The notes under the pieces are model-generated. The model was not told where the DNA came from. It did not search any database and saw only the letters and a program-made list of their open reading frames with translations. Below, piece by piece: positions 1 through 8,712 of a stretch of 64,000 nt of DNA. Source of the DNA: Alphaproteobacteria bacterium (lineage in GTDB: Bacteria; Pseudomonadota; Alphaproteobacteria; GCA-2731375); NCBI GenBank assembly GCA_965232515.1, contig CBDDPY010000002.1:3552001-3616000 (forward strand), given 5' to 3'. Made by a program: the position numbers and the translations under genes. The stretch's first letter is position 1. Each line of letters begins with the position of its first letter.

Positions 1-511
1 GGACCTCGATCTTTCGGGCCTGTGGCGCTCGGTCTGCCGCGCCGCGCTCGATTCCTGCCGCGTGCTGGTCATCATTTCGGTTGCCGGCATTTTCCTTTGG
101 ATCATCGCCAATATGGGGCTGGCGCGGGCGCTGGCCGGCGCGGTCACCGCGTTCTCGGACGATCCGACGGTCGTGCTCGCCGCCATTGCCGTGCTGCTGC
201 TCTGCCTCGGCACGGTGCTGGAACCGGTGACGCTGCTGGTCGTGGTGGTGCCGATCCTGACGCCGGCGGCGCTCGCCGTCGGCATCGACGTTGTGCAGCT
301 CGGCGTGGTCGCGGTGCTGGCGACGCTGATCGGCCTGATCACGCCGCCGGTTGGTTTCCTGATCTATCTGTCAGCCGCGCAGGCCGAAGCCCGCGCCGCC
401 GCCGTGGTCGCGGAGCTGACGCCGTTCCTGGGCGCGCTGCTGCTGCTGCTCGCCTGTCTGGTTCTGTTCCCGAGCTGGACGCTCTGGCTGCCCGGACTGT
501 TTTTCCCCTAG
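1..511 (+). CDS. TRAP transporter large permease (DctM family), 5'-truncated by the window edge
   Basis: Hydrophobic ORF with the DctM C-terminal signature (GID..QLGVV...IGLITPPVG...LFPSWTLWLP); stop TAG at 509-511. Confidence 0.85.
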   Translation, partial: DLDLSGLWRSVCRAALDSCRVLVIISVAGIFLWIIANMGLARALAGAVTAFSDDPTVVLAAIAVLLLCLGTVLEPVTLLVVVVPILTPAALAVGIDVVQLGVVAVLATLIGLITPPVGFLIYLSAAQAEARAAAVVAELTPFLGALLLLLACLVLFPSWTLWLPGLFFP

Positions 512-1110
512 CTCGCTTGACGATAGAACAGCGCCGTCAGCGTCGGCTGATCCGGCAGTCCGGTCACCGGCAGGCCCTTGGCCCGCTGATAAGCCTCCAG
601 CGCCCATTTCGTGTCGCGATCGTAGGTACCGGTCGGCGGTACCGAATAGTGTCCCAGTTCGGCCAGTTTCTCCTGGGTGCGCCGGATCGTGTCCGAATAC
701 AGTTTGAAGACCTTGTCGCCGACCGGAATCTCGACAACCGCCGACTGTTCGACCACCCGCTGCTCGTGCAGTGTCCGCACCATGACGATAACGGCGCGCT
801 GGAAGTCGAGCTCGGGATTTTCGCGGCAGAACTTGCCGAGGGAGGAAAAGATCACGGCCGATCCCTGCCAGGGCAGCAGATCGTAGGTCTCGCGCACGTA
901 GAGGTTGGATGCGCTGATATAGCCGTCGATCCAGCCGGCATAGATGAGCGCCTTGCCCTCCTTGTTATCGACAACCTGCACGAAATCCTTGCAGGTCGAA
1001 CGGCCGACGCCCTTGGAGGCGAACTTGCCCGATGCATCGACGGCGAGCACGCTGCCGCTCCACACGCCGGCGCACAATGCCAACACACCGCAAAGAACCC
1101 ATCGCATCAT
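508..1110 (-). CDS. Secreted protein: HdeA/HdeB-like N-terminal domain plus C-terminal peptidoglycan-binding (PG_binding_1-like) domain, paralog 1
   Basis: Signal peptide; STCKDF...WIDGY...FCRENP two-Cys pattern; C-terminal TQEKLAELGHY...PTGTYDRDTKWALEAYQRAKGLPVTGLPDQPTL matches PG-binding helices. Confidence 0.8.
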   Translation of the reverse strand: MMRWVLCGVLALCAGVWSGSVLAVDASGKFASKGVGRSTCKDFVQVVDNKEGKALIYAGWIDGYISASNLYVRETYDLLPWQGSAVIFSSLGKFCRENPELDFQRAVIVMVRTLHEQRVVEQSAVVEIPVGDKVFKLYSDTIRRTQEKLAELGHYSVPPTGTYDRDTKWALEAYQRAKGLPVTGLPDQPTLTALFYRQAS

Positions 1111-1282
1111 TTTCGCTCCGCGTTACCGATCGGGCGCCGGACATCTGGCCGACGGCCCCGGCACACTATCCCGCTATTTTGGCGCCGGCAAACCATGGTC
1201 CGGCATTGCGGCGGAATTGAGGTTTGCGCCGCCGCGCAAGGTGTTGAAGATGGCGGCGGAACAAACGGAGGAGCGAGCGACC

Positions 1283-2047
1283 ATGACCGGCGACAACCAT
1301 CCACGCCTGCAGGGCAAGACCGCGATCGTCACCGGCGGCGCGCGCAACATCGGCCGGGCCATCTCGCTCGCGCTCGCCGCCGATGGCGCAAACGTGGTGG
1401 TGAACGCCCGAGGCGACGCCGAAGCGGCCGAAGCGGTCGCGGCCGAGGTGAATAAGGCCGGCGGCAACGGCCTCGCCCATGTTGCCGACGTGACAGACGG
1501 GCATGCGGTGCGGGCCATGGTCGACGCGACGGTCGGCGCCTTCGGCCGGATCGACATCCTGGTCAGCAATGCGGCGGTGCGGCGGCAGCAGCCGTTCCTG
1601 GAGATCTCTTACGACGACTGGCGTGACATCATCGCCGTGCCGCTGGACGGCGCCTTCCACTGCGCCCAGGCTTGCGTGCCGCACATGATCGAGGCCGGCG
1701 GCGGCGCGATCGTCACGATCGGCGGCATCTCGACCCATATCAGCACCCCGAACCGGGCCCACGTCAGCGCCGCGAAGTCGGGCCTGGTCGGCCTGACGCG
1801 GGCGCTGGCCGTGGAGCTGGCGCCGCACAACATCCGCGCCAACTGCGTCTCGCCGGGCTCGATCGATACGGTACGCGGCGCGTCTGCGGGCGCCCGACCG
1901 GCGCGCATGGGCGGCGCCGAGATCCCGGCCGGCCGTCTGGGCCGGCCGGAAGAAATCGCCGGCATGGTCCGGCATCTCTGTCTACCGGAGGCGGCCTACA
2001 TTACCGGCCAGACGATCCATGTGAACGGCGGCATGTTCCTGACCTGA
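1283..2047 (+). CDS. SDR family oxidoreductase (FabG-like)
   Basis: TGGARNIG NAD(P)-binding motif, SNAA, HVSAAK in place of YxxxK, ITGQTIHVNGG; GGAGGAG RBS before ATG 1283. Confidence 0.9.
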   Translation: MTGDNHPRLQGKTAIVTGGARNIGRAISLALAADGANVVVNARGDAEAAEAVAAEVNKAGGNGLAHVADVTDGHAVRAMVDATVGAFGRIDILVSNAAVRRQQPFLEISYDDWRDIIAVPLDGAFHCAQACVPHMIEAGGGAIVTIGGISTHISTPNRAHVSAAKSGLVGLTRALAVELAPHNIRANCVSPGSIDTVRGASAGARPARMGGAEIPAGRLGRPEEIAGMVRHLCLPEAAYITGQTIHVNGGMFLT

Positions 2048-2063
2048 CCCTGGCGCGCCATAT

Positions 2064-2084
2064 ATGGTTAACGAATTGCTAACC
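2064..2084. promoter_or_regulatory. CtrA-like box (TTAA-N7-CTAA, TTAACCAT on minus strand)
   Basis: ATGGTTAACGAATTGCTAACC read directly; one mismatch to the TTAA-N7-TTAA consensus. Confidence 0.5.
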
Positions 2085-2152
2085 AATCTGCCCAAGCATG
2101 CGCAGCCAGCGGCGCTGCCGCGAAATGCAATCGAACCGAGAGGAAGAGTGGG

Positions 2153-2371
2153 TTGTCGGATCAAACGGTCGTCACATTTCCCGTTCACGGATTTTCCGGC
2201 GGTCATTTCGAGTACTGGCTTAGCTGGGCGGAATGCGAGCTGTCCATCCTCGGCTTCGACATTCGACAAGTCGATTTCGAGTGGCGCGCCGCCTTCGAGC
2301 GCGGACTGAAGCCAGAGCAGGCCGCTGCCGCCGCCGCCGCGCTGGTGCAGTCGGCACAAACTGTCGACTGA
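2153..2371 (+). CDS. Small hypothetical protein (72 aa)
   Basis: TTG start with GAGAGGAAGAG RBS; protein-like composition (W..AFERGLKPEQAA). Confidence 0.6.
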   Translation: MSDQTVVTFPVHGFSGGHFEYWLSWAECELSILGFDIRQVDFEWRAAFERGLKPEQAAAAAAALVQSAQTVD

Positions 2372-2817
2372 CGATCGACAAATACAGTCCCGCATCCCGT
2401 TCTTGGCACGAAAGCGGTTCTTTTGCGTTCATGCCGCTTCGGTGGGGTTTGTCGTGTTCCGGTTGAAAAACTGGACCTTCGAAGATATCGAAGTCGCTTT
2501 TTTCTCTAAATGCGCAAATTCTTCCTTGCAGTTATTGCTATAACAGCCTAAAATTCTTCGAGTTAAAGTAGTGATTTAAGTAGAAATATTGTTATGTCTG
2601 GTTTGTTCGCTTTCACGATCCAGTGGCGGACGGACAAACCCCCAAAATCAAAGACAAAAATTCGCATGGCGTGCAGTCGTTGTCTGGAGCGACTGAGTTT
2701 TGATCGGGATTGATTGCACGCAGCCAGGCTTAGCGTCGGAGCACAGCGACGTCTGAGCTCCCTTCGCAAGTGCCGAACCGCCAACGGTTGCGAGCGCATC
2801 GAACGGTGATGCATGCG

Positions 2818-3045
2818 ATGACCATCGAAGAAGCACTAAGCACGCACGAGGATTCCCTGATGGCCATACCCGGCGTCCAAGGCGTCGGGATCGGCGAACG
2901 ACAGGGCATACCGGTCATACAGGTCTTTGTTGACGCCAAAACTCCCGACAAAGCGCAGTTCGTCTCTCAGATTCCGACTGAGATCGAGGGCTACACAGTG
3001 GTCGTTGATGAGATCGGCACCATCAGACCGCTGCACGCGGACTGA
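2818..3045 (+). CDS. Small protein resembling the N-terminal (pro)domain of the downstream Nal1-like protease
   Basis: GVQGVGIG...VIQVFV...IPTEIEGYTVVVDEIG aligns by eye with NVVGVGLG...VLALV...VPEKINDLPTDVLAIG of the next ORF; start could be 2809 or 2818. Confidence 0.75.
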   Translation: MTIEEALSTHEDSLMAIPGVQGVGIGERQGIPVIQVFVDAKTPDKAQFVSQIPTEIEGYTVVVDEIGTIRPLHAD

Positions 3046-3062
3046 GAGAGGGAGAATTGATC

Positions 3063-4094
3063 ATGAGTATCGACGAAACGAAAATGGTTCTGGAACCCAA
3101 GACCGCGACCAGCAGTAACGTCGTCAAAGCACAGGGTAAAGCGGTCGAGGACATCATGCAGGTCGAGATACCGAAGGCCAATGTTGTCGGCGTCGGCCTG
3201 GGCGTCAAATGGTCAAATGGCGAGCCGACGGGAAAGCCCGCCGTACTCGCGCTGGTGTCACATAAGCTCGACCCGGCCGACCTGGCACCAGAGGACATGG
3301 TGCCCGAGAAGATCAATGATCTGCCAACGGATGTTCTGGCCATCGGCGAACCGTTCGCCGGTCAAGCAGAACCAATAGAAGTGGGTATCGAGGCGCTTGC
3401 CCGTCGGACGCGGCCTGCCTCAGGCGGTTACAGCGTAGCGCACGTGGCCGTTACCGCCGGTACGATCGGCACTTGCGTCTACGATCTTCAGGGCACCGGC
3501 AGCAACCCGGCCGGCATACCCGGGCGCTACTACATTCTCAGTAACAATCACGTGCTGGCCAACAGCAACAACGCCAGCATAGGCGACACGATCCTGCAAC
3601 CCGGCCCCTTCGACGGCGGCGTCGATCCGTCGGATCGGATTGCACGACTGCACCGGTTCGTGCCGATTACCTTTTCGCCCCCCGTGGATCGTCGATTTCA
3701 CCGCAACCTCGTCGACGCGGCGGTGGCGGAAGGTCAGTTCCACGATCTGAAACGTGAGATCCATTGGCTCGGCCACCTACAGGGATGGATCCCGCGAAGC
3801 GGCGTGAATGTCGGCATGCCGGTTCACAAGACCGGGCGGACAACCAGCTACAGCACCGGCCGTATTACGACCGTCAACGCCACGGTCGACGTCAATTACG
3901 GCGGTGGCAGAGTGGCGCGTTTCCGGGATCAGATCATCACGACAAACATGTCGGCCGGCGGAGATTCCGGTTCAATCGTCGCCGAACGCCTCAGCAACAA
4001 GGCGGTCGGATTGCTGTTTGCAGGTTCGCCCGTCGCGACAATCCTGAATCAGATACAGCATGTCCGCGCGCTTTTGCGGGTAGAGATCGTCTGA
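3063..4094 (+). CDS. Nal1-like trypsin-fold (clan PA) serine protease
   Basis: Triad motifs SNNHVL (His), LVDAAVA (Asp), GGDSGS (Ser); QPGPFDGG, KTGRTT and VGLLFAGS typical of bacterial Nal1-like proteases; GAGGGAG RBS; no signal peptide. Confidence 0.85.
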   Translation: MSIDETKMVLEPKTATSSNVVKAQGKAVEDIMQVEIPKANVVGVGLGVKWSNGEPTGKPAVLALVSHKLDPADLAPEDMVPEKINDLPTDVLAIGEPFAGQAEPIEVGIEALARRTRPASGGYSVAHVAVTAGTIGTCVYDLQGTGSNPAGIPGRYYILSNNHVLANSNNASIGDTILQPGPFDGGVDPSDRIARLHRFVPITFSPPVDRRFHRNLVDAAVAEGQFHDLKREIHWLGHLQGWIPRSGVNVGMPVHKTGRTTSYSTGRITTVNATVDVNYGGGRVARFRDQIITTNMSAGGDSGSIVAERLSNKAVGLLFAGSPVATILNQIQHVRALLRVEIV

Positions 4095-4262
4095 CGGAAC
4101 ACCCCTTCTCGATCTAAACAACGCACGCAGCAAGGGTCTGCCGCACGCCGTCCAAGCCGATCGGCGGGGCGCGGCAGCCCTTCCTTTGTTCGACATCGGC
4201 AATATCTTCGCGCAAACCCGCGCGCGACCACAGCCATTTGCCGCAGAATCCCGGCGCGATGG

Positions 4263-4850
4263 TCAATAAAACAGCGATTTCAGCGTGTTCTGATCTGGCC
4301 AGCCAGTGGCGGGAAGGTTCCGGTCGCGCTGGTATTCGATCAGCGCGGCTCGCGTGACCTCGTCGAACTCGCCCGTCGGTCGCACGCCGTCATGGCCGAG
4401 TTCCGCAAGCTGGATTTGCAGCTTTTCGATCGTCGTTCGGTAGAGCCGAACGCGCTTGCCGCCGGTTGGGATCTCGATCAAATCGGACTGCTCGGTCAGA
4501 CGCTGGGACTCGAGGCTGCGGCGCATGGCCGCCACGGCCTGGAAGAACCGCAGCTCGGGATTGGCCCGGCAATATTGATCGAGTGACAGCAGCACCATAT
4601 TGGGCTGTTGCCAGGGCAGGAGGTCGTAGGTCTGATCGTTGACCTCGTTCATCGCGGTCAGGTAGCCGTGCACCCAACCGGCAAACAGCAGCGCTTCCCT
4701 GCTCTCGCTCTGCAGCGCCTCGACGAACCGCGTGCAACTGGCGAGGCCGGCGCCCTTCAGGGCGAAACTGCCGGCCTTATCGGCGGCGATCGCGCTCGTC
4801 GCGAGCGCCATTGCGCTCAACACGGCGAATAACCCGCGAAGCCCGGTCAT
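4263..4850 (-). CDS. Secreted HdeA-like plus peptidoglycan-binding domain protein, paralog 2
   Basis: Signal peptide; GSFALKGAGLASC, AGWVHGY, TYDLLPWQ, YCRANPEL shared with 508..1110; C-terminal PG-binding helices. Confidence 0.8.
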   Translation of the reverse strand: MTGLRGLFAVLSAMALATSAIAADKAGSFALKGAGLASCTRFVEALQSESREALLFAGWVHGYLTAMNEVNDQTYDLLPWQQPNMVLLSLDQYCRANPELRFFQAVAAMRRSLESQRLTEQSDLIEIPTGGKRVRLYRTTIEKLQIQLAELGHDGVRPTGEFDEVTRAALIEYQRDRNLPATGWPDQNTLKSLFY

Positions 4851-4913
4851 GCCCGAACGACCCCCATTGTTGCTGCATCGGCGCGAACCTCGGGAAGCGT
4901 AGGGCGTCGCCGA

Positions 4914-7346
4914 TCAGGCGGCAAGGCGACGGCGGCGTCGTTGAAACCAGAATCCGCCGAGCGCCGCCAGGAACAATGCGAGGCTGCCAGGTTCCGGCAC
5001 GGCCGCGACCGACGTCGGGAAGGTGAAGCGGGCCAGGATCGGATCATGGTCGCTGGCCTGATCGCGGAAGCCGGTGTTGGTGTGGACGATGTCGAATTCG
5101 GGCATCGCCATATCGAGCAGGTTGGCGCTGACCAGCAGGTGGTCGAGCTGCTGCGAATTGCCTTCGAAGATAAAGGAATAGATGTCGGTCGGGTCGAGGC
5201 CGCTTTCGGTCACCAGGTTGAACAGCACCGGATCGATCAGGCCGCCGGCCAACAGCTCGAGCGGCGTATAGAACTGGAATTCGTTCAGATCGCCCAGCAC
5301 GATCAGGTTCATGTCGGGATCCGCGGCTAAAAGCTGGTCGACGAAGTCGTTGACGAACTGGGCCTGCGCCTCGCGCTCGTCGACGCTGCCGTTGGCCGGC
5401 GGCTGGGTGGTCCCGAACAGCGGATCGCTGCCGCCCTTCGACGAGAAGTGGTTGTTGATGACCGTGATTTCCTCGCCATTGAACAGGAACGTCGCCAGCA
5501 CCGGCTTGCGCGTGCTCTCAAACGCGTCGTCGCCGTCCGTATCCTCGAGGCGCTCGACCGAACCGGGCACCAGCTCGACGCGGTTCGGATTGTAGAGGTA
5601 GCCGACACGGATATTGCCGCCGGGCTGACCGCCGTCCTGGCCGTCCTCGGGCGGCACGTCAATGAACTCGTACTGCGGTCCGCCGGCATCGACGATGGCC
5701 TGGATCAGGGTTTCGTAGGTCAGGCTGGCGCTGGTCTCGCCGTCGTTGGTCGAGCCCGTGTTGTCCTGCACTTCCTGTAGGCCAATGATATCTGGCCGGT
5801 TCAGGTTGTTGACGATCTGCTGCGCCAAGTCGGCGAACTGACCGTTGGCGATATCGGTGCTGCCGTCCTGGTCGTTCGGGTCCAGGTTCAGCACGTTGAA
5901 GCTGGCGACCGTCACCTGATCCGACGTGCCGACGAGATCGCTGGTCTCGCTGACGAGACCGCCGTCGGTCGCCTGCACCGGATCGAGGGGCCGGATGAAA
6001 TAGTCGTTGAAACCGAAATCGACGACGCCGGTGATGTCGCCCAGGCCGTCGCCGACATTGGTGTCCGGCGCGCTGCCGGTATCCAGATCGACATCGATCA
6101 GCAAACGCTCGGGATTGAGGTCGGCGTCCAGCGGATTGTTCGGGTCGGGATCGGCGCTGATGGTGATGCCGCCGCGGCTGTTCACCGTGGTGGTGCCGTC
6201 GCCGTTGTTGGCGATGGCGTAGACCTGGCCGAACCGGTTGGTGTTGTCGACGGCCTGCGCGTCCTCGACCGTGACCAGCATGCCCTCCAGGCTCTCGTAG
6301 AAGTCGCGGCCATGGTTGTCGGGATCGAACACGGCACCGCCGGTATCGTCGATGATCTCGGTCGGCGGTTGCCGGCCGCCGATGCCGACCAAGGTCGGAG
6401 CGATCGCGTTGTTGCTGCTGGTGGTGTCGATCTGGCTGACCTGATCGATCTCAGTCGAGCCGAATTCTTCGTCGACCGTGCCGACGACCGTCACGCCGTC
6501 GCCCACCGCGACGGTGGGCGCGCCGCCGGTGAAGACGAAGATGCCGTCAGACGTGGCGGTGTCGCCGTCGCCCTGCTGGTCCTGCAGATAGAAGCCGTCG
6601 TTGGCGAGCGCCGTCACCACGCCCGAGGTCTCGACCTGCTGGCCCTCGAACGGCGAGACGTGCTGGGCGCCTTGAATTTCGAATATCGCCAGCTGCTGCG
6701 GCGGGATCGGCGTATCGAAAACCTGATTGGTGTTCGTGGCGCCGGCGGTCGCCGCCGGTTGCGCGGTCCAGATGAAGTCGCTTGCCTGCAGGCCCTGGCC
6801 GCTCAGCTGCAGAGAGGCGCCGGCCGGCGTGCCGCCGCTTTCCGAGACGCCGATGTCGGCGCTCGACATGCCGGCCGCCGGTCCGTTGTTGGCGGTGAAC
6901 GAGCCCTCGTAGCTGAGGAACTGAATGACGCTGTTCGTGTTGTCGACCAGCGCGAAGCCGTCGGCGGGGCCGTTTTGCAGGCCGTTGGTATTGTAGTTCA
7001 CCGTCGCGAAGCCGAATCCGCTGCCGGTATCGTCGCCAAGAATGCCGCTGAACACGTCGGATCCGGCGGGATTTGGCCCCGGGCTGGTATAGACGTTCCC
7101 GTTGTTGCCGTTGTAGCGGACGATGCTCCAGCCGGTTATGTCCGTGCCCGCCGTGCCGACGATTTCGATGAACTCGCCGCTGTCCGTGCCGTTGTTGTCG
7201 TAGTGGAACTCGTTGACGAAGACCACGGCCTGAGCCTGGCCGCTCGCCAGCACAAGGGCGAGCGCCGATGTGCCGGAGATCAGACGGCGACGCCAGCGGG
7301 GCGACAGCTCGGACGAACGAATCTGGGCGGTGTCTTTATGGAACAT
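4914..7346 (-). CDS. ExeM/NucH-type extracellular nuclease (LTD + OB-fold + EEP domain) with PEP-CTERM sorting signal
   Basis: VNEFHYDN (LTD), IFEIQG/GVVTA (OB), SFNVLN, LQEVQD, NHFSSK, GDLN, LDH, SDHDP (EEP); C-terminal VPEPGSLALFLAALGGFWFQRRRRR; alternative start 7361. Confidence 0.9.
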   Translation of the reverse strand: MFHKDTAQIRSSELSPRWRRRLISGTSALALVLASGQAQAVVFVNEFHYDNNGTDSGEFIEIVGTAGTDITGWSIVRYNGNNGNVYTSPGPNPAGSDVFSGILGDDTGSGFGFATVNYNTNGLQNGPADGFALVDNTNSVIQFLSYEGSFTANNGPAAGMSSADIGVSESGGTPAGASLQLSGQGLQASDFIWTAQPAATAGATNTNQVFDTPIPPQQLAIFEIQGAQHVSPFEGQQVETSGVVTALANDGFYLQDQQGDGDTATSDGIFVFTGGAPTVAVGDGVTVVGTVDEEFGSTEIDQVSQIDTTSSNNAIAPTLVGIGGRQPPTEIIDDTGGAVFDPDNHGRDFYESLEGMLVTVEDAQAVDNTNRFGQVYAIANNGDGTTTVNSRGGITISADPDPNNPLDADLNPERLLIDVDLDTGSAPDTNVGDGLGDITGVVDFGFNDYFIRPLDPVQATDGGLVSETSDLVGTSDQVTVASFNVLNLDPNDQDGSTDIANGQFADLAQQIVNNLNRPDIIGLQEVQDNTGSTNDGETSASLTYETLIQAIVDAGGPQYEFIDVPPEDGQDGGQPGGNIRVGYLYNPNRVELVPGSVERLEDTDGDDAFESTRKPVLATFLFNGEEITVINNHFSSKGGSDPLFGTTQPPANGSVDEREAQAQFVNDFVDQLLAADPDMNLIVLGDLNEFQFYTPLELLAGGLIDPVLFNLVTESGLDPTDIYSFIFEGNSQQLDHLLVSANLLDMAMPEFDIVHTNTGFRDQASDHDPILARFTFPTSVAAVPEPGSLALFLAALGGFWFQRRRRRLAA

Positions 7347-7448
7347 CGGGGCCCCCTGCATACGGTTGTTGACCGCAGCGCCGCTTCGACCCTGCCGGGC
7401 CGTGCGATCTTCGCTTGCGTCTCGTTGATCGGACGCTAGTGGGGAAAT

Positions 7449-7508
7449 GTTACAGCCGCTTGACGCGGCGACGACGGTTCCGCTCCGGAGGTCACGAAAT
7501 AGTCACGA
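7449..7508. promoter_or_regulatory. Putative Pho-box-like 11-bp-period repeats upstream of the nuclease
   Basis: Minus strand CCGTCGT-N4-GCGTCAA-N4-CTGTAAC (7449-7477); plus strand GTCACGA-AATA-GTCACGA (7491-7508). Confidence 0.35.
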
Positions 7509-7528
7509 GCGCCGGCCCAGTGAAACGT

Positions 7529-8365
7529 TCAGCCGATAAGGCCGGCGAGCCGGTCGAGACGCGGCAGGACATCGTCGCCCGCCGCCGACGGCAGCAGGAA
7601 GATGCCGCGCGCGACGCCGGCATCGGCGTAGCGCTTGATGTCGTCGCCGTCCGGCGCGACGCCGAACACCGTCACCTGGAAGGTCTCGGGGTCGCGGTTC
7701 GCTTCCGCCGCCATCTGCCGGAAGCGTGGCATCACGTCGAGGATGTCCAGCGACCGGCCGCCGATCGGCATCCAGCCGTCGCCATACTCGATGGCCCGGC
7801 GCGCGCCGTGCGGGAAGCCGCCGCCGACGATAACGGGCGGGTGCGGCTTCTGCACCGGCTTGGGCCAGGTCATCATCGGCTCGAAATCGACGAAGTCGCC
7901 GTGGTACTCAGGCTGCTTCTCGGTCCAGATCGCCTTGATGGCGGCGATGCGCTCGCGCATCAGGCTGAACCGGGTCTTGAAGTCGGTGCCGTGGTCGGCC
8001 ATTTCCTCGGCATTCCAGCCGCCGCCAACGCCCATGATCACCCGGCCCTTGGAGATCTGGTCGAGCGTGGAGATTTCCTTGGCGAGCTGGATCGGATCGC
8101 GCTGCACGACCAGGCAGATCCCCGTGCAGAGCTTCAGATCAGTCGTCACGGTCGCGGCCGAGGCCAGCGAGACCAGGGGATCGAAGCAATCGTAGTACGG
8201 CTTCGGCAGCTCGCCGCCGCCGGGCCAGGGCGATTTCCGCGAGGCCGGGATATGCGAATGCTCCGGCAGCCACAGCGACTCGAAGCCCCGCTCTTCCAGC
8301 GCCATCGCAAGATCGGCGGGCGAAATCGAATAGTCCGTCGGAAATATGGTGACGCCGAATTTCAT
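7529..8365 (-). CDS. LLM class (probably F420-dependent, Rv2161c-like) oxidoreductase
   Basis: GFESLWLPEHSHIP, DPLVSL, LAKEISTLDQISKGR, GWNAEE, PKPVQKPHPP, YGDGWMP. Confidence 0.88.
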   Translation of the reverse strand: MKFGVTIFPTDYSISPADLAMALEERGFESLWLPEHSHIPASRKSPWPGGGELPKPYYDCFDPLVSLASAATVTTDLKLCTGICLVVQRDPIQLAKEISTLDQISKGRVIMGVGGGWNAEEMADHGTDFKTRFSLMRERIAAIKAIWTEKQPEYHGDFVDFEPMMTWPKPVQKPHPPVIVGGGFPHGARRAIEYGDGWMPIGGRSLDILDVMPRFRQMAAEANRDPETFQVTVFGVAPDGDDIKRYADAGVARGIFLLPSAAGDDVLPRLDRLAGLIG

Positions 8366-8402
8366 CCTGCCGCCTCGAATTTTCCGGAAAATCGTCGGCG
8401 GC

Positions 8403-8476
8403 TGGAGCGGGCGAAGGGAATCGAACCCTCGTCGTAAGCTTGGGAAGCTTCTGCTCTACCATTGAGCTACGCCCGC
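8403..8476 (-). tRNA. tRNA-Gly (anticodon CCC)
   Basis: Reverse complement GCGGGCGTAGCTCAATGGTAGAGCAGAAGCTTCCCAAGCTTACGACGAGGGTTCGATTCCCTTCGCCCGCTCCA; 74 nt cloverleaf with encoded CCA. Confidence 0.97.
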
Positions 8477-8712
8477 GCGACGCCGATAGACAACGCGTGT
8501 TTCGCAATTTGATACGATATCCGCCGCCGATCAATGGTTTATACTCGGGCCAAAACAAGAATCGCCGTGGGGAGAGGCGGCATCAAACCTGGATCACGCG
8601 TCCGCGAGGATGCGGGGTAAAGCGTTGACATCGTTGGTTCGACGCCACACGTTCGCTGCGGTGCAGCAGGTCGGATGCTGCTGTGGGGGCTGATAGGGGA
8701 AGGTAGTCGTTT

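Noticed and set aside
2403-2420. Sigma54 promoter (TTGGCACG)
   Set aside because: No GC at the -12 position with the required spacing
8403-8420. tRNA-Gly 3' end as the attachment site of an island covering 0.5-8.4 kb
   Set aside because: No duplicated tRNA 3' end (only a 7-bp TGGAGCG near 2685) and no integrase in the window
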